DNA from: Phallusia mammillata | Taxonomy: Eukaryota | DNA length: 64,000 nucleotides | Direction: 5' to 3' | NCBI GenBank assembly: GCA_965637545.1 | Contig: OZ281496.1 | Coordinates: forward strand, 27,156,001 to 27,220,000 | Shown here: positions 13,601 to 26,979 of the stretch, piece after piece | How the letters are laid out: each line of letters opens with the position of its first letter | Position numbering within the stretch: position 1 is the first letter of the stretch | The notes under the pieces: generated by a model | Databases searched by the model: none | Told to the model about the DNA's origin: nothing | The model's input: the letters and a program-made list of their open reading frames with translations, nothing else | Translations under genes and position numbers: made by a program

Positions 13601-16600
13601 AAAAAGGGTAAGTATTAGGTGAAAAATGTGGGACAAACAATGGTGGTAACAATTTATCTCATTCCACATTTCCTATTAGCACTTTTCAACACAGCTAGTT
13701 AAAGCAATCACTGGAACGGCTTGCAGTCACAAATGTAGAAAACGGATAGTTCTTAGCAACAGTAATGCTGTATTTTCTTTCATAACTTCTTCTGAGCTGC
13801 CCCAGGGTCTGTCTCGCAACAGAAATGCAATTAGGGAGGATAATCAGCAAACCACAAGAACAGGTTTTTGGACTATATATATAGGGTTGGCAATAAATAA
13901 ACAAGTAATGCTCTTCCAGTAGTTTTTATCGTAAGTAATCGACATTTCAACGCCCCATATGAGCCCACATTGGATTTCAAACAAGTGTCTCCTCCTAACT
14001 TGTGTTATTATTAGGCTTTCCATAAGGGTCGTTAAAACATAATTAAATCAAGACAAACATCAGTTTGGCCCAAAACCGCCATTTTTGTTGAAAGATTTCA
14101 ATGAAGGTAATTTTTTTGAAACAATGGGAAAATGACTATCCACATTTTACCACACAACAAACATGGCTACACAAACATTTAAGGATTAAATGATGTGGGT
14201 TTAGCTCTTACCTTACAAAGCACGGTAGTAGTTTTACATTGAGTTGTCTGGGTGATTAACGAAAGTATGACGAAACCATATTACACCAGTTGCCCATACC
14301 AAATCATTGAAAACCTGTTTTACGGCTGCTCTGGCAGTGTACACCCTTTCTGAGACTAGAACTGGCTGCATTTACGCAAGCGATGTGCTCACTGCATGGC
14401 TTATAAGTCACTTTAAGCACAGTTCGTTAGGGCGTCACAGGCCATTCCTAGCCGCAAACTTGGTTAAACTTTGGCATGGGTGCAACTTTATAGGTATGCA
14501 TGCCCTTTAACCCCGACTGAGTAACTGTCCATTGATTGTAGTAACAACGCAAAATCAAAACTGGCTTGAGACGTTCCTGCATAAGGGGAGCAAATAGAAC
14601 AAAAACGTGTTATGCTGAAGACACTAGGGCAGGCCTTGGCACACGAAAATATTACCAGCCTGCATTACAACAACTTAACTACACATAATCCTACATGTTA
14701 ACTGAAACTTTATAATTTTGGCTTCGAAATTATAGCTTTACCTGATTTCTGTTCACAAGTCTGCCAATTAAATCACAATAGAAATCGTGATTACCCGATA
14801 ATTTTTAAGCTTCCTTAGCCGTGTTGGGCATCGATTGAGAATTTTTAGGAACTCCTTCACAATGGTATCAAGCATAGGTTCTGTGATTGACGGATCCATG
14901 TATGCCCAGTATGCTTTTCTGTCAGATGAAAGTGGAATCTAAATAGAAAATTTTTTTTTTATTGTATATACAACATTGATTATTCAAGCTATTTAAAACC
15001 ATTTTTACCATTAAAACAGAGTATAGTCTATTATGAAATTCAAAGCTGCTAACATAAGAAATGACGATTAATGCTTCTAACAAAATGTATATGCTGTATT
15101 TAAAGCTTCTTACCTCATAGTTAGACCATTTGCAGGACAAGTGGATGCACATTGCAGCCACAACAGCTGGTTTATATAACAAACAAAAGGTTGTCAGGTG
15201 AAGGCTAGAACCAAAACATACATGTCATTATTAGTCACATAAGCACGGCTCTACACAGCCTGTTTTGCCAATGACACCAGCAGTGTAAACATAACACCTT
15301 GGACTGTTCAATGTTTCGTCTAAAATTTGCTATTGTAAATGTGGTGAACAAAACCAAAATATTGATGGGATATTTTATATACATGGCACAAATCAATGCT
15401 GTCATAAAACAAATTTATAATTTCTATGATCTAACAATTTCACAAATTAAAACTACGAAGCAAATTATGCATTTCACATTAAAACAATTTTTCAGATCGG
15501 TAAATATTGAAAACACTGTTTTACATAAATCTTTCGCAACTGCAACCCACCTATTAGTTGCCATGAAGTACGCCATTTGTGAGAGATCTCGACTTGCTAA
15601 AAACCAGAGCACATGGTAGTTAAAAGTTTCATGTCTGTCCGCAATTTGGTCAAGACCTACCTTTAACCAACTGTGTGCACTTAACAACATGTGTGTGTGG
15701 ATGGTCTACGGATATATCAAAACCTAAAAAAAAACGGAGTTAGCTTGTTAAATCATGGTCTTTATATTTCTTACTGCAGTAAGCCTACCTAGGGTTTGCA
15801 GTAAAATAAGTTCATTTTGTACCAATTCCTGAACTTGTTTTAGGTAACTATCGCTGTGTGTGTCAATATGTGGCTTTTCAGGGTGAAGACAAGTGTGACA
15901 TATCTGTAATAAAAAGTTCAAAACATTAACCGCAGAATACAAGATTTCCTAAAAGCAGAACATGGCAGCAAAAAATGACTATTAGTTGTACGTAGTAGGC
16001 ATAGAATACATATAAATTAAATCAAATCTGAAAATGTATTACCTTGAGAACATGTTCCAACTTTTTAGGCTGCTCCTCTACTTTTGCAGCAAGAAATAAG
16101 GCAGTTGGTGCTATGGCCTAACAGAATATTTTTATTAAAATCAAATCATGTAAGAGATTATCTTTTCCAAATTTGTTTAAATCAAAATCAGCAATTAGGT
16201 GACAAACTGGACTGTTGGCTAGCATCATATAATACTGTAAAAAAGGTTTATTGTAACATAAAATTGAAAATAACTTACATATCGAGAGAAATTTGTAAAG
16301 GAATGGTACATATAAAATCGATGCATATACACAATAGCTGTGTTGATTGTGAGTTGATTACTGGTTTTGAAACAAAAGATGGTCAAGGAAAACAAAAAAT
16401 TTCTCAAAATTTTTACATTCTCTAAAATTTTACCAAAAAAACCGTTACATAGCTTGAAAAATGCCACAATCATTGGTTAACAACATAAACGTTAGCAAAT
16501 TAGGTTGTAAAAAATTCCCATTGACTCAAAAATTATCAATTGTATCGATCGAAATCAGCTTTTCAAAAATTTATTTAAGGATACACAGCTAGCCGTTGTC

Positions 16601-16736
16601 CCATATCCTGAATAAGATTGGCTGCTTGCTGCCGATAGCTCAACTCTTTTTCCGCATCAATTCCATGCTTTCGACTGGGAGATTTCTCTAATTGTTCCTT
16701 GGAAAACGTCCACTGGTTATCCTTCTCCGACGCCAT
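10622..16736 (-). CDS. CCNT1: Cyclin T (P-TEFb subunit). Exons 16736-16585, 16360-16279, 16117-16043, 15903-15789, 15723-15661, 15596-15551, 15204-15114, 14938-14795, 13566-13494, 13261-13213, 13049-12931, 12834-11838, 11596-11486, 11416-11347, 11071-10622
   Basis: Cyclin box: [107 protein letters not shown]. Also MSLEEYK, a His-rich tract and a Pro-rich C-terminus (SSPPPPLL). Splice phases are consistent. Confidence 0.95.
16361..16584 (-). other. U12-type (minor spliceosome) GT-AG intron, cyclin T intron 1
   Basis: 5' splice site GTATCCTT at 16584-16577. Branch site TTCCTTGAC with the A at 16383, about 22 nt from the 3' end. Splicing restores RLAVNQLTINT. Confidence 0.85.
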
Positions 16737-17264
16737 TTCCCAGTCGAAAGAGGAAAATGAAGGAGCGACGCAAACAAGACGGGCCGTTCTGCGCATGCGC
16801 ATAGCAAAATTTGCCACGGGACCCTGACGTCATTATTTCGCAATACCAGCGTAGACAAAAACAAAGCTATGCTTCAGTGCACACGGAATAACTTGCAAAA
16901 ATTACCTTGACAACAACTGTAACTGGTCAAAATCGGTAATTTTATTCTCATTGACTGCACTATAACTGTATAGTAATTAAAAATTCAGAACCACATTGCA
17001 TTTGAAATAAACCCACAATCTTAAAAAAGTTATAATTTCTCGTAAAAAAGAATAATATTGTATAAATTTGGTTGCCAACTAAAATTTTACGTGGCCAAAA
17101 TATCATGTTTGAATTCAGACTAACCAAATCAATGCAAAAATCTGCGTTGATTAGCTGCACAACTTTATGTGACCGGTTACCAGCGCTTTTGTGATGTGGG
17201 TGCGCCGGAAAGTAAACATATGCTCCACACTTGCATTGTCCTGATCTGCCATGACGACGAAATA

Positions 17265-17293
17265 ACTGCCTAGCAACAGCTTTTCCTAGCAAC
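17265..17293. promoter_or_regulatory. Two adjacent RFX X-box-like motifs about 530 bp upstream of the cyclin T ATG
   Basis: ACTGCCTAGCAAC (17265-17277) and TTTTCCTAGCAAC (17281-17293) resemble GTTGCCTAGCAAC; motif match only. Confidence 0.3.
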
Positions 17294-17718
17294 TAAACAA
17301 GTAAGATGTGTTTTTTTTTTCTCGTTCTAATTACAAAAACAAGCAGAACTTTTCGCAATATCACGTACAACAAGCAACCAACAGAACACCGTCTGGCTGT
17401 CTAGCAAACTACGTAGGGAGTTTTATGACGTTTCGATCTTCTATTTTCTTTCTCTCCTATGGCCTTTTTCCTTTTACAGCTCTCTCGCACAATCGGTTGT
17501 TGCATTGGATTGAATTGCAGTGTTGCGCCACACGAAGGATTTAACAGAATTTTGCGGTTGCGCCACTGCCGTAAAACAATTCTTACCTCTCTTGTAGCAA
17601 TGTTTAGTTCAAATCATTCGCAATATTTCTAGGACTATTTGTGCACAGATCTTTAGTCCTGACGCATACAATGGCAGCAATTGTGTGCTAATTCTTCTTT
17701 AAAGTGGACATGCCTGAC

Positions 17719-18057
17719 CAGTGGCGTAGCCAGGGAGGGGCCAAAGGGGCCATGGCCCCTCCCAAATTTTCAAAGTTGTACATTGATAAACTTTAATTTA
17801 GTGTAGTTTCGTCCCTCATCATTGTGGTTTCGTCTCTTAACTATCAAAGGAATATATAAATTACTAAAAATGACTTTTGTCACCAAATTGTAAGCCGAAA
17901 TCCATGCTTTTCATAGTTATGCAGACATGAAATAAATCAATAAAGCGTTTGGCTGTAGTTACGTGTTTGGTAAAAGCACGCCGAGCGTTAGCAAAAAGTT
18001 GTATAAGACAACAAATTATTTGGCCCCTCCCAAAATTTTTGGCTGCCTACTCCACTG
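17719..18057. mobile_element. hAT-type MITE, 339 bp
   Basis: TIRs CAGTGGCGTAGCCAG / CTGCCTACTCCACTG; perfect 8-bp TSD TGCCTGAC at 17711-17718 and 18058-18065. Confidence 0.9.
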
Positions 18058-18650
18058 TGCCTGACCAGGATAATATTGCTCGTAGTTATGTACGGACAAT
18101 AAAAATTACAAAACAGGTACTAAGAAAACTGCAATGACAAGTTCCTGCGCATAAGCGCCCTAATTATTCGCAGTCTTTAATTTAGTCGTGATGTTCGTTT
18201 CAAAATGGTACTGGATAGGCCGTACCCGTTCGAAGTTTATGGCAATTATGGTGTTACACCCGTAAATCCAAGTTTGTTTTTATTTGGGTATGAGTGTCTG
18301 CTGTTTTAGTTAAAAGCGACGCCCATACGATCGGTATGTTAAGCCACGTCACCTAATATCTTCTGGCCGACTTTCACATTACGACAGGTGACCTTTTCTT
18401 TCATTCAGTTTATAACCCTGGAAAGCGCGTTCTGTTTTATACACACATATGTTGAAATAGAAATGCCTTGATTAAGGTTTTGGTGGATAATTTTGTCAAC
18501 TTCCAGACAACTTAAGTTTGTAAGCACACTAAAGTATGTGGTGGTTTTTAAAGCGTGTTTTTGAAAAATTTATTTGTGGCCTGCTTACTTTAAATGCCCA
18601 ATGAGCATACCTTGGTTTGCAACCTGTGTACAGAAAGCCAAACGCCCAAC

Positions 18651-18778
18651 CATGGACGTCCGCAGGAAAAAATTACAGGGGAGGGCAATACCATCGTGAC
18701 GTCGCCGTTCGATAAACGGTATTTCAGAAAAAAATCATCTGACGCGCCCCCTCTTGCCCCCCGCTGCGGACGCCCATG
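18651..18778. mobile_element. hAT-type MITE, 128 bp
   Basis: TIRs CATGGACGTCCGCAG / CTGCGGACGCCCATG; perfect 8-bp TSD CGCCCAAC. Confidence 0.9.
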
Positions 18779-19216
18779 CGCCCAACCAATACCACATTAT
18801 ATACAAACCTAGCGCTTTGTCAGCTGTTTGACGCTTGCTACCAAGACCGCATTATGAGCTGGTTCGCATGGCCTGATGGGAGCACATTTAGCAAAACCTT
18901 TTCTATACGTCTCAAGCACAATAATCTTTGAGGTATAACCACAATAGCAAAACACGTTTATTCCACATGCACAGTATACACATTACTGATATGTATAGTA
19001 CACACAAACATATTCATTTAAATTATTTGGACAAATTAAATTCTCAAACAAAAATAAATATATTAGAACCAACATGTTATGTTGTACTAGTTGGGCAGCA
19101 CCAAATGCAAGTTCAGCAAGATTTCACAGTTAGTCCAAGTTTCTTTACATCTTCATGCTGTTTTTTAGGTTCATAGAAGAAAAACAAAGCTTCAAAGTAT
19201 CAACAGTGAGTTAGAA

Positions 19217-19348
19217 TAGGTTTTACATTGCTCAAAAACAAAGTGAAATACATTAACTGTCACTGAACAAGGAAGGTATGAATAGATTTTCGATTGCTCA
19301 AAAACACAGTAAAATACACTAACTGTCACCAAACAGGGAAAGTATGAA
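19217..19348 (-). repeat. 66-bp tandem duplication spanning the TMBIM stop codon
   Basis: Unit 19348-19283 (contains FILSLFGDS TAG) is repeated at 19282-19217 (FIPSLFSDS TAA). Confidence 0.85.
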
Positions 19349-22042
19349 GATAAATATGTAGACAACATCAACATAAAGATTAAGGGCACCATAGATATAT
19401 TCTTCAGGTTCAAGCTCATAACGCTTTCCTCCCATGATTAGTTGTGTATCAAAAGCCAGGAACTGCAAACATATGACACATATTGAAGGCAAATGTTTAG
19501 TAGGGATTGAGTTGAGTATGTTATTTACCAATACTATAGGCACCTGATAAAATAAATGGCAAAATGTAGTGAACTTGAGTGCATAAAAAGTCATGATAAA
19601 TAAGGCCCAAAACTGCAGAGTATGATGTCTATCCAGTGAACTCAGTAAGAAATTTGTGACAAATGTTTCCTATTTACACATAACGTAACTGTGAAACCAT
19701 TGGGTATCATATTTTCCATGCAAGCCCTTTATTTTATTTTTTGCTATCAGTACAATAACATAAGAAATACTTACCAGTGTAAAGACAAGGGCACCAAGGG
19801 ATCCATAAACCACATGAATATACTGAAAAGATAAATTCAGTCAGGATTACCTTAATCATTTTCTCATTAGAAAGTAAGATAGAGTTTGTTTGTATGTTTT
19901 ATCCGCCTTCTACACTCAATGTGCAAATGCAATTTACCAATCAATCATATAAACAGAATGTAGTGTTAGTAGTCATATGTTTTACTCTATAGACCAAATT
20001 GTATTGCCATGTTTCTTTTAATGAGAAAAAAACTACATTTCTAGCAAAGTAGATGGCCCTTAAAGCAGATTACAATCACTGTCACAGGGGACCTGGATGG
20101 TAAACTAAAAATTATTGAAAACATATTTACCCAGTTGTATCTGTAGGTGAAGATGGTGATAAAACCAAACAGCATAAGCACAAGGACAAGCACAAACAGC
20201 AGTCCAGAGCATTTTGTGAAGTCAAACTTTGTTTGCATTGAAAACAGGGTCACCGCAATACAAACACCCTACAAAGTAAACATAGATCACAGGCTGACCG
20301 CTTCATGAGATTGAAGTGCTAGATTTAAATAACTTCCTGAAGTGAAAATCTTACCACTGTTATCCCAAGGGCAATCACAACTGAATTGGTGTTGTAAAAA
20401 CTGGCAATGGTTCCGACCATATAGGAAAAAGCAAGTGTCTAAATAAATTGGAGCAAAATGTCAACAAATTGAATAAAACATGAAGTAATTAAATCAGTCA
20501 ACTTAATCAACTATAAACATGTATTCAACCTATCTCAATCCTATATTTCCTCAGACAATAAAAAGCAAGCTTTTGATGCTTAATACAAGTTGTTTGTTCT
20601 TTAATGTCACTATTGTACTAACAAGATGTAACTTACAAAGATTGCCAGCAAAATTATGTTTTGTGGGTGCTTTCTTCGGATACCGCTGCAACAAATCAGG
20701 GTAATGAACAAAACCAGGAACACGGCACTGTAAAAATATGTTCACCTGTTAACAAATATCCACTACAAAAACAGGAAATGCATGAAGGAACTTACTATGC
20801 TGCATAATAGACTGGTGGGTTGTTTTGAACAAAGACTTTCACTGGAGTCCTATAAAATACATCACAGAAATATTACCAACAATAATCAAGAAAAATGTTT
20901 GAAGTAAATGTGAGACCAAACAATTGTTGTTAGTAAATATGGCTTAAAAATATAATTTTTAAGATTCATTACTCACTAAAAACAAAACTACACCAGAAAA
21001 TTAAAACAAAACTCAACAAAATAAGCTTGACTTACACAAATGTCATGACACACACCAAACCAAATGTGACAAGCAGTTGAAGACCGAGTGTAATGTAGAC
21101 CTTTCTGATAAACATCCTTCGGACATTTTTGTCATCAAAGCCTGACCTAAACAGCAGAACAATCCCAAAAAACTTATTTAAGTGAAAACATTGTGTACTA
21201 TCTCACCTTGCAGTAAATCCTCCACCTTCAGCTCTTTCTGGTCCACTGTCGACTGCAGTGAAGCCACTGTGATCTATAAAGAAACACATTTAATTTTGCA
21301 TGTTTAAACATTTGAATAGTAAAGCATGTAACATTTTCGTCTGTTAGGGCCTGCTATATTTGTCATTAAAAACAATTTGCCCTTAAAAAAAGTAAAAAGT
21401 TTTCTGGTTTTTGTGATTGATAAAACCATGACAGAATTAAAATCAACTATTTTGTGACTTGAAATATAGTTTTTTAACCAAGTATAAACAAGTTTTAACA
21501 TGATAAAAATGTTGTTTGACATCTCAGTCATCACACCCCAGTCTGCAGAACATGGCAGTTCCCGACGAGATCTCGTGCGTGAAGGACCAACATGTCCCGC
21601 GTGCGCGCGTGCACGACCCGTAAGTTCGCGTGCGAGGCCAAGTTCAGCAGGCGCATAGCAAGTAAAAGAAGTGAAGACAGGCCAATTAAATGCATTTGGA
21701 GCGAAATTTCCGCGTGCAACCCCCCAAAATTGGCGTGCAAAATTTTTTTTTACAAAAATAATTGCGCGTGCAGCTGCCACACTCTGCAGACTGGATCACA
21801 CCAACAACTTTCAGTTCAAACCAGAGCAACTTAGATTTTAAGCATAATCACATACCTGGAACTGGTGCACCTTGATATGGTTGAGTATTTACAGGCTGGT
21901 AACCAGTTGAATACATAGTTGGTCCTGGTTGAGGCTGGGGGTAGGCAGGCTGCCCCGTTGGGTATGGGGCGGAAGGTTGCACCCCATGTGGGTGAGATTT
22001 TTCACCAACAGCATCATTATATGTTGGAGGTGGTGCTGACAT
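19319..22042 (-). CDS. Lifeguard/TMBIM (BAX inhibitor-1 family) membrane protein, FAIM2/GRINA/TMBIM1 clade; multi-exon
   Basis: Pro/Tyr-rich N-terminus MSAPPPTYNDAV..PQPQPGP; SGFDDKNVRRMFIRKVYITLGLQLLVTFG; GIRRKHPQNIILLAIF; FSMQTKFDFT; FLAFDTQLIMGGKRYELEPEEYIYGALNLYVDVVYIFIFILSLFGDS*. Confidence 0.93.
21538..21794. mobile_element. hAT-type MITE, 257 bp, in TMBIM intron
   Basis: TIRs CCAGTCTGCAGAACATGGCAG / CTGCCACACTCTGCAGACTGG; perfect 8-bp TSD ATCACACC; internal GCGTG repeats. Confidence 0.88.
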
Positions 22043-23796
22043 AATGCCTGAACTGATCTCACTCACTTTTTACTAGGTTTCTCTGAACAAAACAAGCAAC
22101 ATGTCATGAACATTTATCAGTTAAACAAACTAATAAATATCTGCAGAACAAAACCGTTTCACGTTATTGTTGTCTTATGTAGATCTTAAGTAACGAAGGT
22201 TATCAGTTGTTGATTCAGTTAAATTTTTCAACGAAAAGCTGACTTTCACCAATCACGATTTAAAGATAAATGAGGAACTAAGTTAAGTTGTATTGTTGTC
22301 GGTTTTTCACCCTCCCGAAGTCACGAGAAAAAATAATTTTAACGAGTCAGGCATGACGATGACTCAAACTGAATAATCTCAAGAGCGGAACGGACTTTCA
22401 GTTCCTAAAATATAAACTTTTATGGCGTTTAATAATTGACCTAAAACCAACGGAAGGAAACATCAAATTACATCAAAATGGTTGAAAAACTAAAATTGAC
22501 GCAAAACAAAAGTCCAACAATTAATGTTTCTGTAATTGGGCGGAATTTCGCTACAGCGAATTAAAAATTGTAAACGTCTTCCGAAAGCATGATATTGGCG
22601 CAACTTGAATTGGTTTTATTGTTAATTTGTTGTACTTATTCCTCTTTAATTGTATTGCTATTTGAAGCAAAACAACCACAACAAAAGAATAAGATTGAAG
22701 GTATTGTACTTTTACGCAATTTAAAAATGTTTTGTTGAAACAGTAAAGTGATAAAACTACCATATTTGTTCGTTGTTTAAAGTTATTTGCATCTCCTTAA
22801 TGCAACACACCACTAAGCTTGTCGTCAGTTGTTAGATCTGCTTAAAAACGAAGTAGAGTAGTTTTTGCATATAGCAGTTAAAATGTTCCTGTTAAATGTC
22901 ATTAACACTACTCAACTCACTATAGTGTTAATATTAAGTGCTTGTTTTCTACCTTAGAAAAGTTGGATCAGCATTGTTGAATTTCATTCTCATTGAAAAT
23001 CAGAACTTTACGGTCAACAAAATGACCCAAGAGGTTGCAATGACTCTGACATGCACATCACACTGCTAAGGAAATAGGCAAACATTCAATGGCATTACAA
23101 CAAGGACATAATCTTTTACCTATAGGTAAACTATAGTTCACCTTGTGTGATCAAAAAGTTGGTATGTACGTTTATTTGGTTTTACATTGATTTTAAGGAG
23201 TAAAGTTTTTACCTATCGATGTTGATGTTTGCATACAAAACTGAAGCTTTCAGTAAACTTGAATCAGTCCGAGATTTTGTTTACTGAAATCTTTTGTATG
23301 ATTACCTGCAACTAAAACCATATGTATTGATTACACATGATTTGGGCTGATTTTGGTTCTAGCACAGTTTTGTCTAATGTTTGAGTTTTTGTTGGTTCAC
23401 TGAGTTGTAACAAGTTTATTGTTATGCCTTGGTTCAGGCAATATCACAAACTTGGTGAAGCTATATGCATTTAACTTGAGGTTAAAACTATTTGGCATCA
23501 GCAAAATTAGCTCTTTGCCACAAATTATGAATACATCCTCATTGGCAAGCATATTGCCATACTTGCAGAGACTCTGGAACATCAAATATATTGTTTCATT
23601 TTCCTTTCTTAGCATGAACTTAATAAAGATATCAATAATATGATGCAAAACAACAACAACAAGTAAAACATTTAGTGGCCTTGTTATATCTGTATTTTTT
23701 TTGTTTACTTATTTTAAACTACCAATATATAAAAGATTCAAAGTTTTGACATAAGCGTAAAATCAACATGTTTCTAATATAAACTATACACAAAAG

Positions 23797-26267
23797 TTAG
23801 GATTTTCTGAAGTATGCTATGTTGATATCGCCAGTCAAGTTGTGCAGATCAGCTTGTAGATACTTGAAGTCATCCTACAAAAAATTTGAAATAACAATCC
23901 AAACAAATAACTATAAAACAAGATGTAAAAGGCTTGTAATTTCTTTTTGCAAGTTACCAGTGAGGACCAGTATATAGTTTTAAAACAGTTTTCTTTACGT
24001 AACCATAAGATTGCAATTGATGCATTGTCAAAATATTTGAGAGAAATTTTTACCATGCCACTTTCAAAAATGATTCACATGCAAGGAGTAATTTTGTTTA
24101 TATTTTTTGCACCAGGACTCATTTAACCAGCTACAATACTGTTTTGGTGCTGCAGGTTGGCAGAATACTCTGTTTCTGTTGTGTGAAACAAATAATATTG
24201 AATGAACAATTTGAAACCATTCTTATGAGTTCATGTTTGGTCTTCAAATTTTCAAATCTTTCTTCAAGTGATGCTTTGTATTTGATTGTTGAACCTGAAT
24301 TTGTGTAGTCACTGTAGTTAAAAACAAAAATGCCACCTGGAACAAGCAGGTCAAACAGCATCTGTAACAAAATAGGCTGATTTTGTCGTAATGATGTTAC
24401 CAGTCTCTGGGTTTTATTTGCGGGAGGTGTATACTTGTTTTATAATTCACTGCCTGGTTTTGAAATTAGTATTTAATTGTTTCCTTAAATTGAATGTGAA
24501 TGTGGCATCAGCCTTTGTCAACGATGCTTTATTTTTGTTGTACATCATGAATTTATAGTTATCATTTAGCTGTAACAGTGCTTGGGGTGTAGAACCAGTT
24601 CTTCTTATAGTTAGTGCTTTATTACAATGTTGTTGTAATGTCCAAGCAGCGTGTTTATCGTTTATTTACTATTTGTGCCTTGGTTGCACAATTACCTCTG
24701 GCAAGGTGAACATTTTTTTGCAGTTGGTTTTAGCTAGTCCAATGATATCAACTACACCTGTTCAATTTCTGTCAATGATTTTCTTATTTAGAAATTACTT
24801 CGTACTGTGCCATTGCAACCAAACCCAGTCTTACCTCGATACATTCATGAGGAATATGTCCGAAACTAAGTCCTCCAAAACATATGATCAGATCATAGGA
24901 AGAGTTTTCTATGGGCAATGGTGACTGGAGAGAAATCATTTCCTGAAACAAAGTTCTGTAAAGAAAGGATAAACTGTCATTTTGTTTTAGATTAAATGGT
25001 TTGAAAACCTACAACTGGTTTTCCACTTTAAAAAAAGTTTTTCAAACTATTTTTGGGTCTATTTCTTATTTTGACAATTATTTTGTTGTGGACCTTTTAA
25101 ATGTTGAAGGTATATTGTAGCATATAACAGGGATTATCCTCCTAAAGGCGACATGAACAGGACAATGAATGTGAGATAACGTAATACATTTGACAGAAGA
25201 ACGGTATTTAGTTTAAGATGAACACAATTCATAACTGGGATCAGCCCTGAAGCATCTATGCAGACCAGTGATCACGGCACACTCATATATAAATCACAGT
25301 ATGTTTGGTGACCGGCTATTTCGGTATGAGGACTTCAATAGGCCCGGTGTAATGTAAATTATTTAGCTTATATATTATGCTGTATATAAAAAGAGAAATT
25401 GATTTCAACCCCAAGAAGTCTCCTAAAAGTTTGATGACAAATTCTGGCGGGTGACTTGGTAAATTCAATGACCACGTTTTCTGTACTGGATGTGCAAGAG
25501 TTACCAATAACTGATAAACTGTCTATTGTGTTCACCGGTAAACATTCTTGGTCTTAGCAGCTTCCAGCATTTCTTTGCAGGCATCCAGCCCGTCGATTGG
25601 TCCTAGCCAGCCGAAATTGCGCAACCCTGCACCACATCGACCCGCCGCTGAAATTTTGATAGTTAAGTATCAATCTGAGTCCAATCTTTGTTATGGATTG
25701 TTACTAAACGATTGGGTGTCAACTTGTGAAGACGTAGTTCAGCATAAAAGACTGACAGAAAAAACAAAGACGTATATATTTGTAACACCGTGTAGCAAGT
25801 GGTAGGATTCAACCGGTTCGCACCGGTTTTATAGAACTGTCTTACGAAATTTTATGAGATCAGCGAACCGGTTAGCATTACTGGTTAGCCTACTGTCAAT
25901 GACTTTTTGTAACAGAACTGGCTGAAAAATATGACTTTTGTGATATAACCGGCTGACAAAAAATTTCACTTCCACCACTGTGTGTAACCTAAATTGTTAA
26001 GTTATACAAACCGTTTTTAGTAGCTCAACATGAAACGAAATGTAACATACCACAGGCAACGTCTAAAGCTGTAAGCTCCTCTGTCTTCTTGTCTTTGTAA
26101 ATCTCCATAATAACGTCCATCATTTGGTTAACTAACAGGTTGACACTCGCTGTTTGACCTTCGTCGAGGTGTTTTGCTACTTTTGTGTACACTTCTTGAT
26201 TGTGTTTTGCTGAATCAGTCAGCTGACTCCACATTTGAGGAACAATTTTTTGTTTGTCTATGTTCAT
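23797..26267 (-). CDS. METTL27: METTL27/WBSCR27-like SAM methyltransferase, copy A. Exons 26267-26051, 25647-25536, 24955-24835, 24361-about 24218, 23874-23797
   Basis: LTALDVAC-AAGRCG, IDGLDACKEMLEAAKTKNVYR, SYDLIICFGGLSFGHIPHECIE, LLVPGGIFVF. Same intron phases as copies B and C. The last donor is weak and uncertain; the family name is from motif recall. Confidence 0.75.
25233..25320 (-). mobile_element. 3' tail fragment of the same SINE family
   Basis: AACTGGGATCAGCCCTGAAGCATCTATGCAGACCAGTGATCACGGCACACTCATATA aligns with 5561-5620 AACTGGAATCAGCTCTGAAGTGTTCATGCAGACCAACGATCACGGCGCACTTACATA. Confidence 0.65.
25797..25980. mobile_element. Older hAT-type MITE, 184 bp
   Basis: Ends AAGTGGTAGGA / TTCCACCACTG; imperfect TSD CGTGTAGC vs TGTGTAAC (6/8); internal AACCGG repeats. 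Confidence 0.6.
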
Positions 26268-26979
26268 GGTTGTTCAAGAAGAAGCCTATATTACTACATA
26301 GACTTTTGTGTCACTATGACTGCGGAAGTGTCTAATTACGCCGACAAAAACGCTGCAACAATTTGTGCAAACGGGCTAATAGGGTTTGGGCATTTAGTTT
26401 ACAATAGCTATAATAATTAACAAAAAAAAAAAAACACTAACAGTACAGTATAGTTCCACAACAAATCGCTTTGCCACATTGCAGCAAATCTATTACATCA
26501 CAAAAAGGTTGGTCTCTAAAAGGCAATGGAACTGAAATAAAGCGACATAACCCTCGACAAACTGTAGTGTCACTTGCATAATTGTTTCCTAAGCCATCAG
26601 GCTAACAGATTGACCTTAAATGATCTCTGAAAAATTTTAAAAAAAATTAACGTTTGAAATGCACATATTGCTTCGCCGTAGAGCACTCTATGTTCTGCAA
26701 TGTTCATAGTTTTCTATAGTAACAAATAAATAGATGGTCTTCAATGCAAAACTCGTATTTTCTACACCGAACTTTTTGGTTGTTTTCAAGATTCTACCAC
26801 ACATCCATATTTATTACCTTGGTCTAACCACTAAAATTCAATATGACCAAGGGCAAAAACCAATATTTGAAGCGGTTAAAGAAACTAACGTCAGATTTGC
26901 TTCACAAAAAGTGAAATTTGGAATAGGGACTTGGCATCCTTGTGTGTGGCGTTGTTTTGTGGGCGGAAAATTTATTTAA

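Noticed and set aside
14742-14760. 19-nt micro-exon in cyclin T
   Set aside because: It would need a 34-nt intron and breaks the phase; exons 14795 and 13566 already join in phase 0
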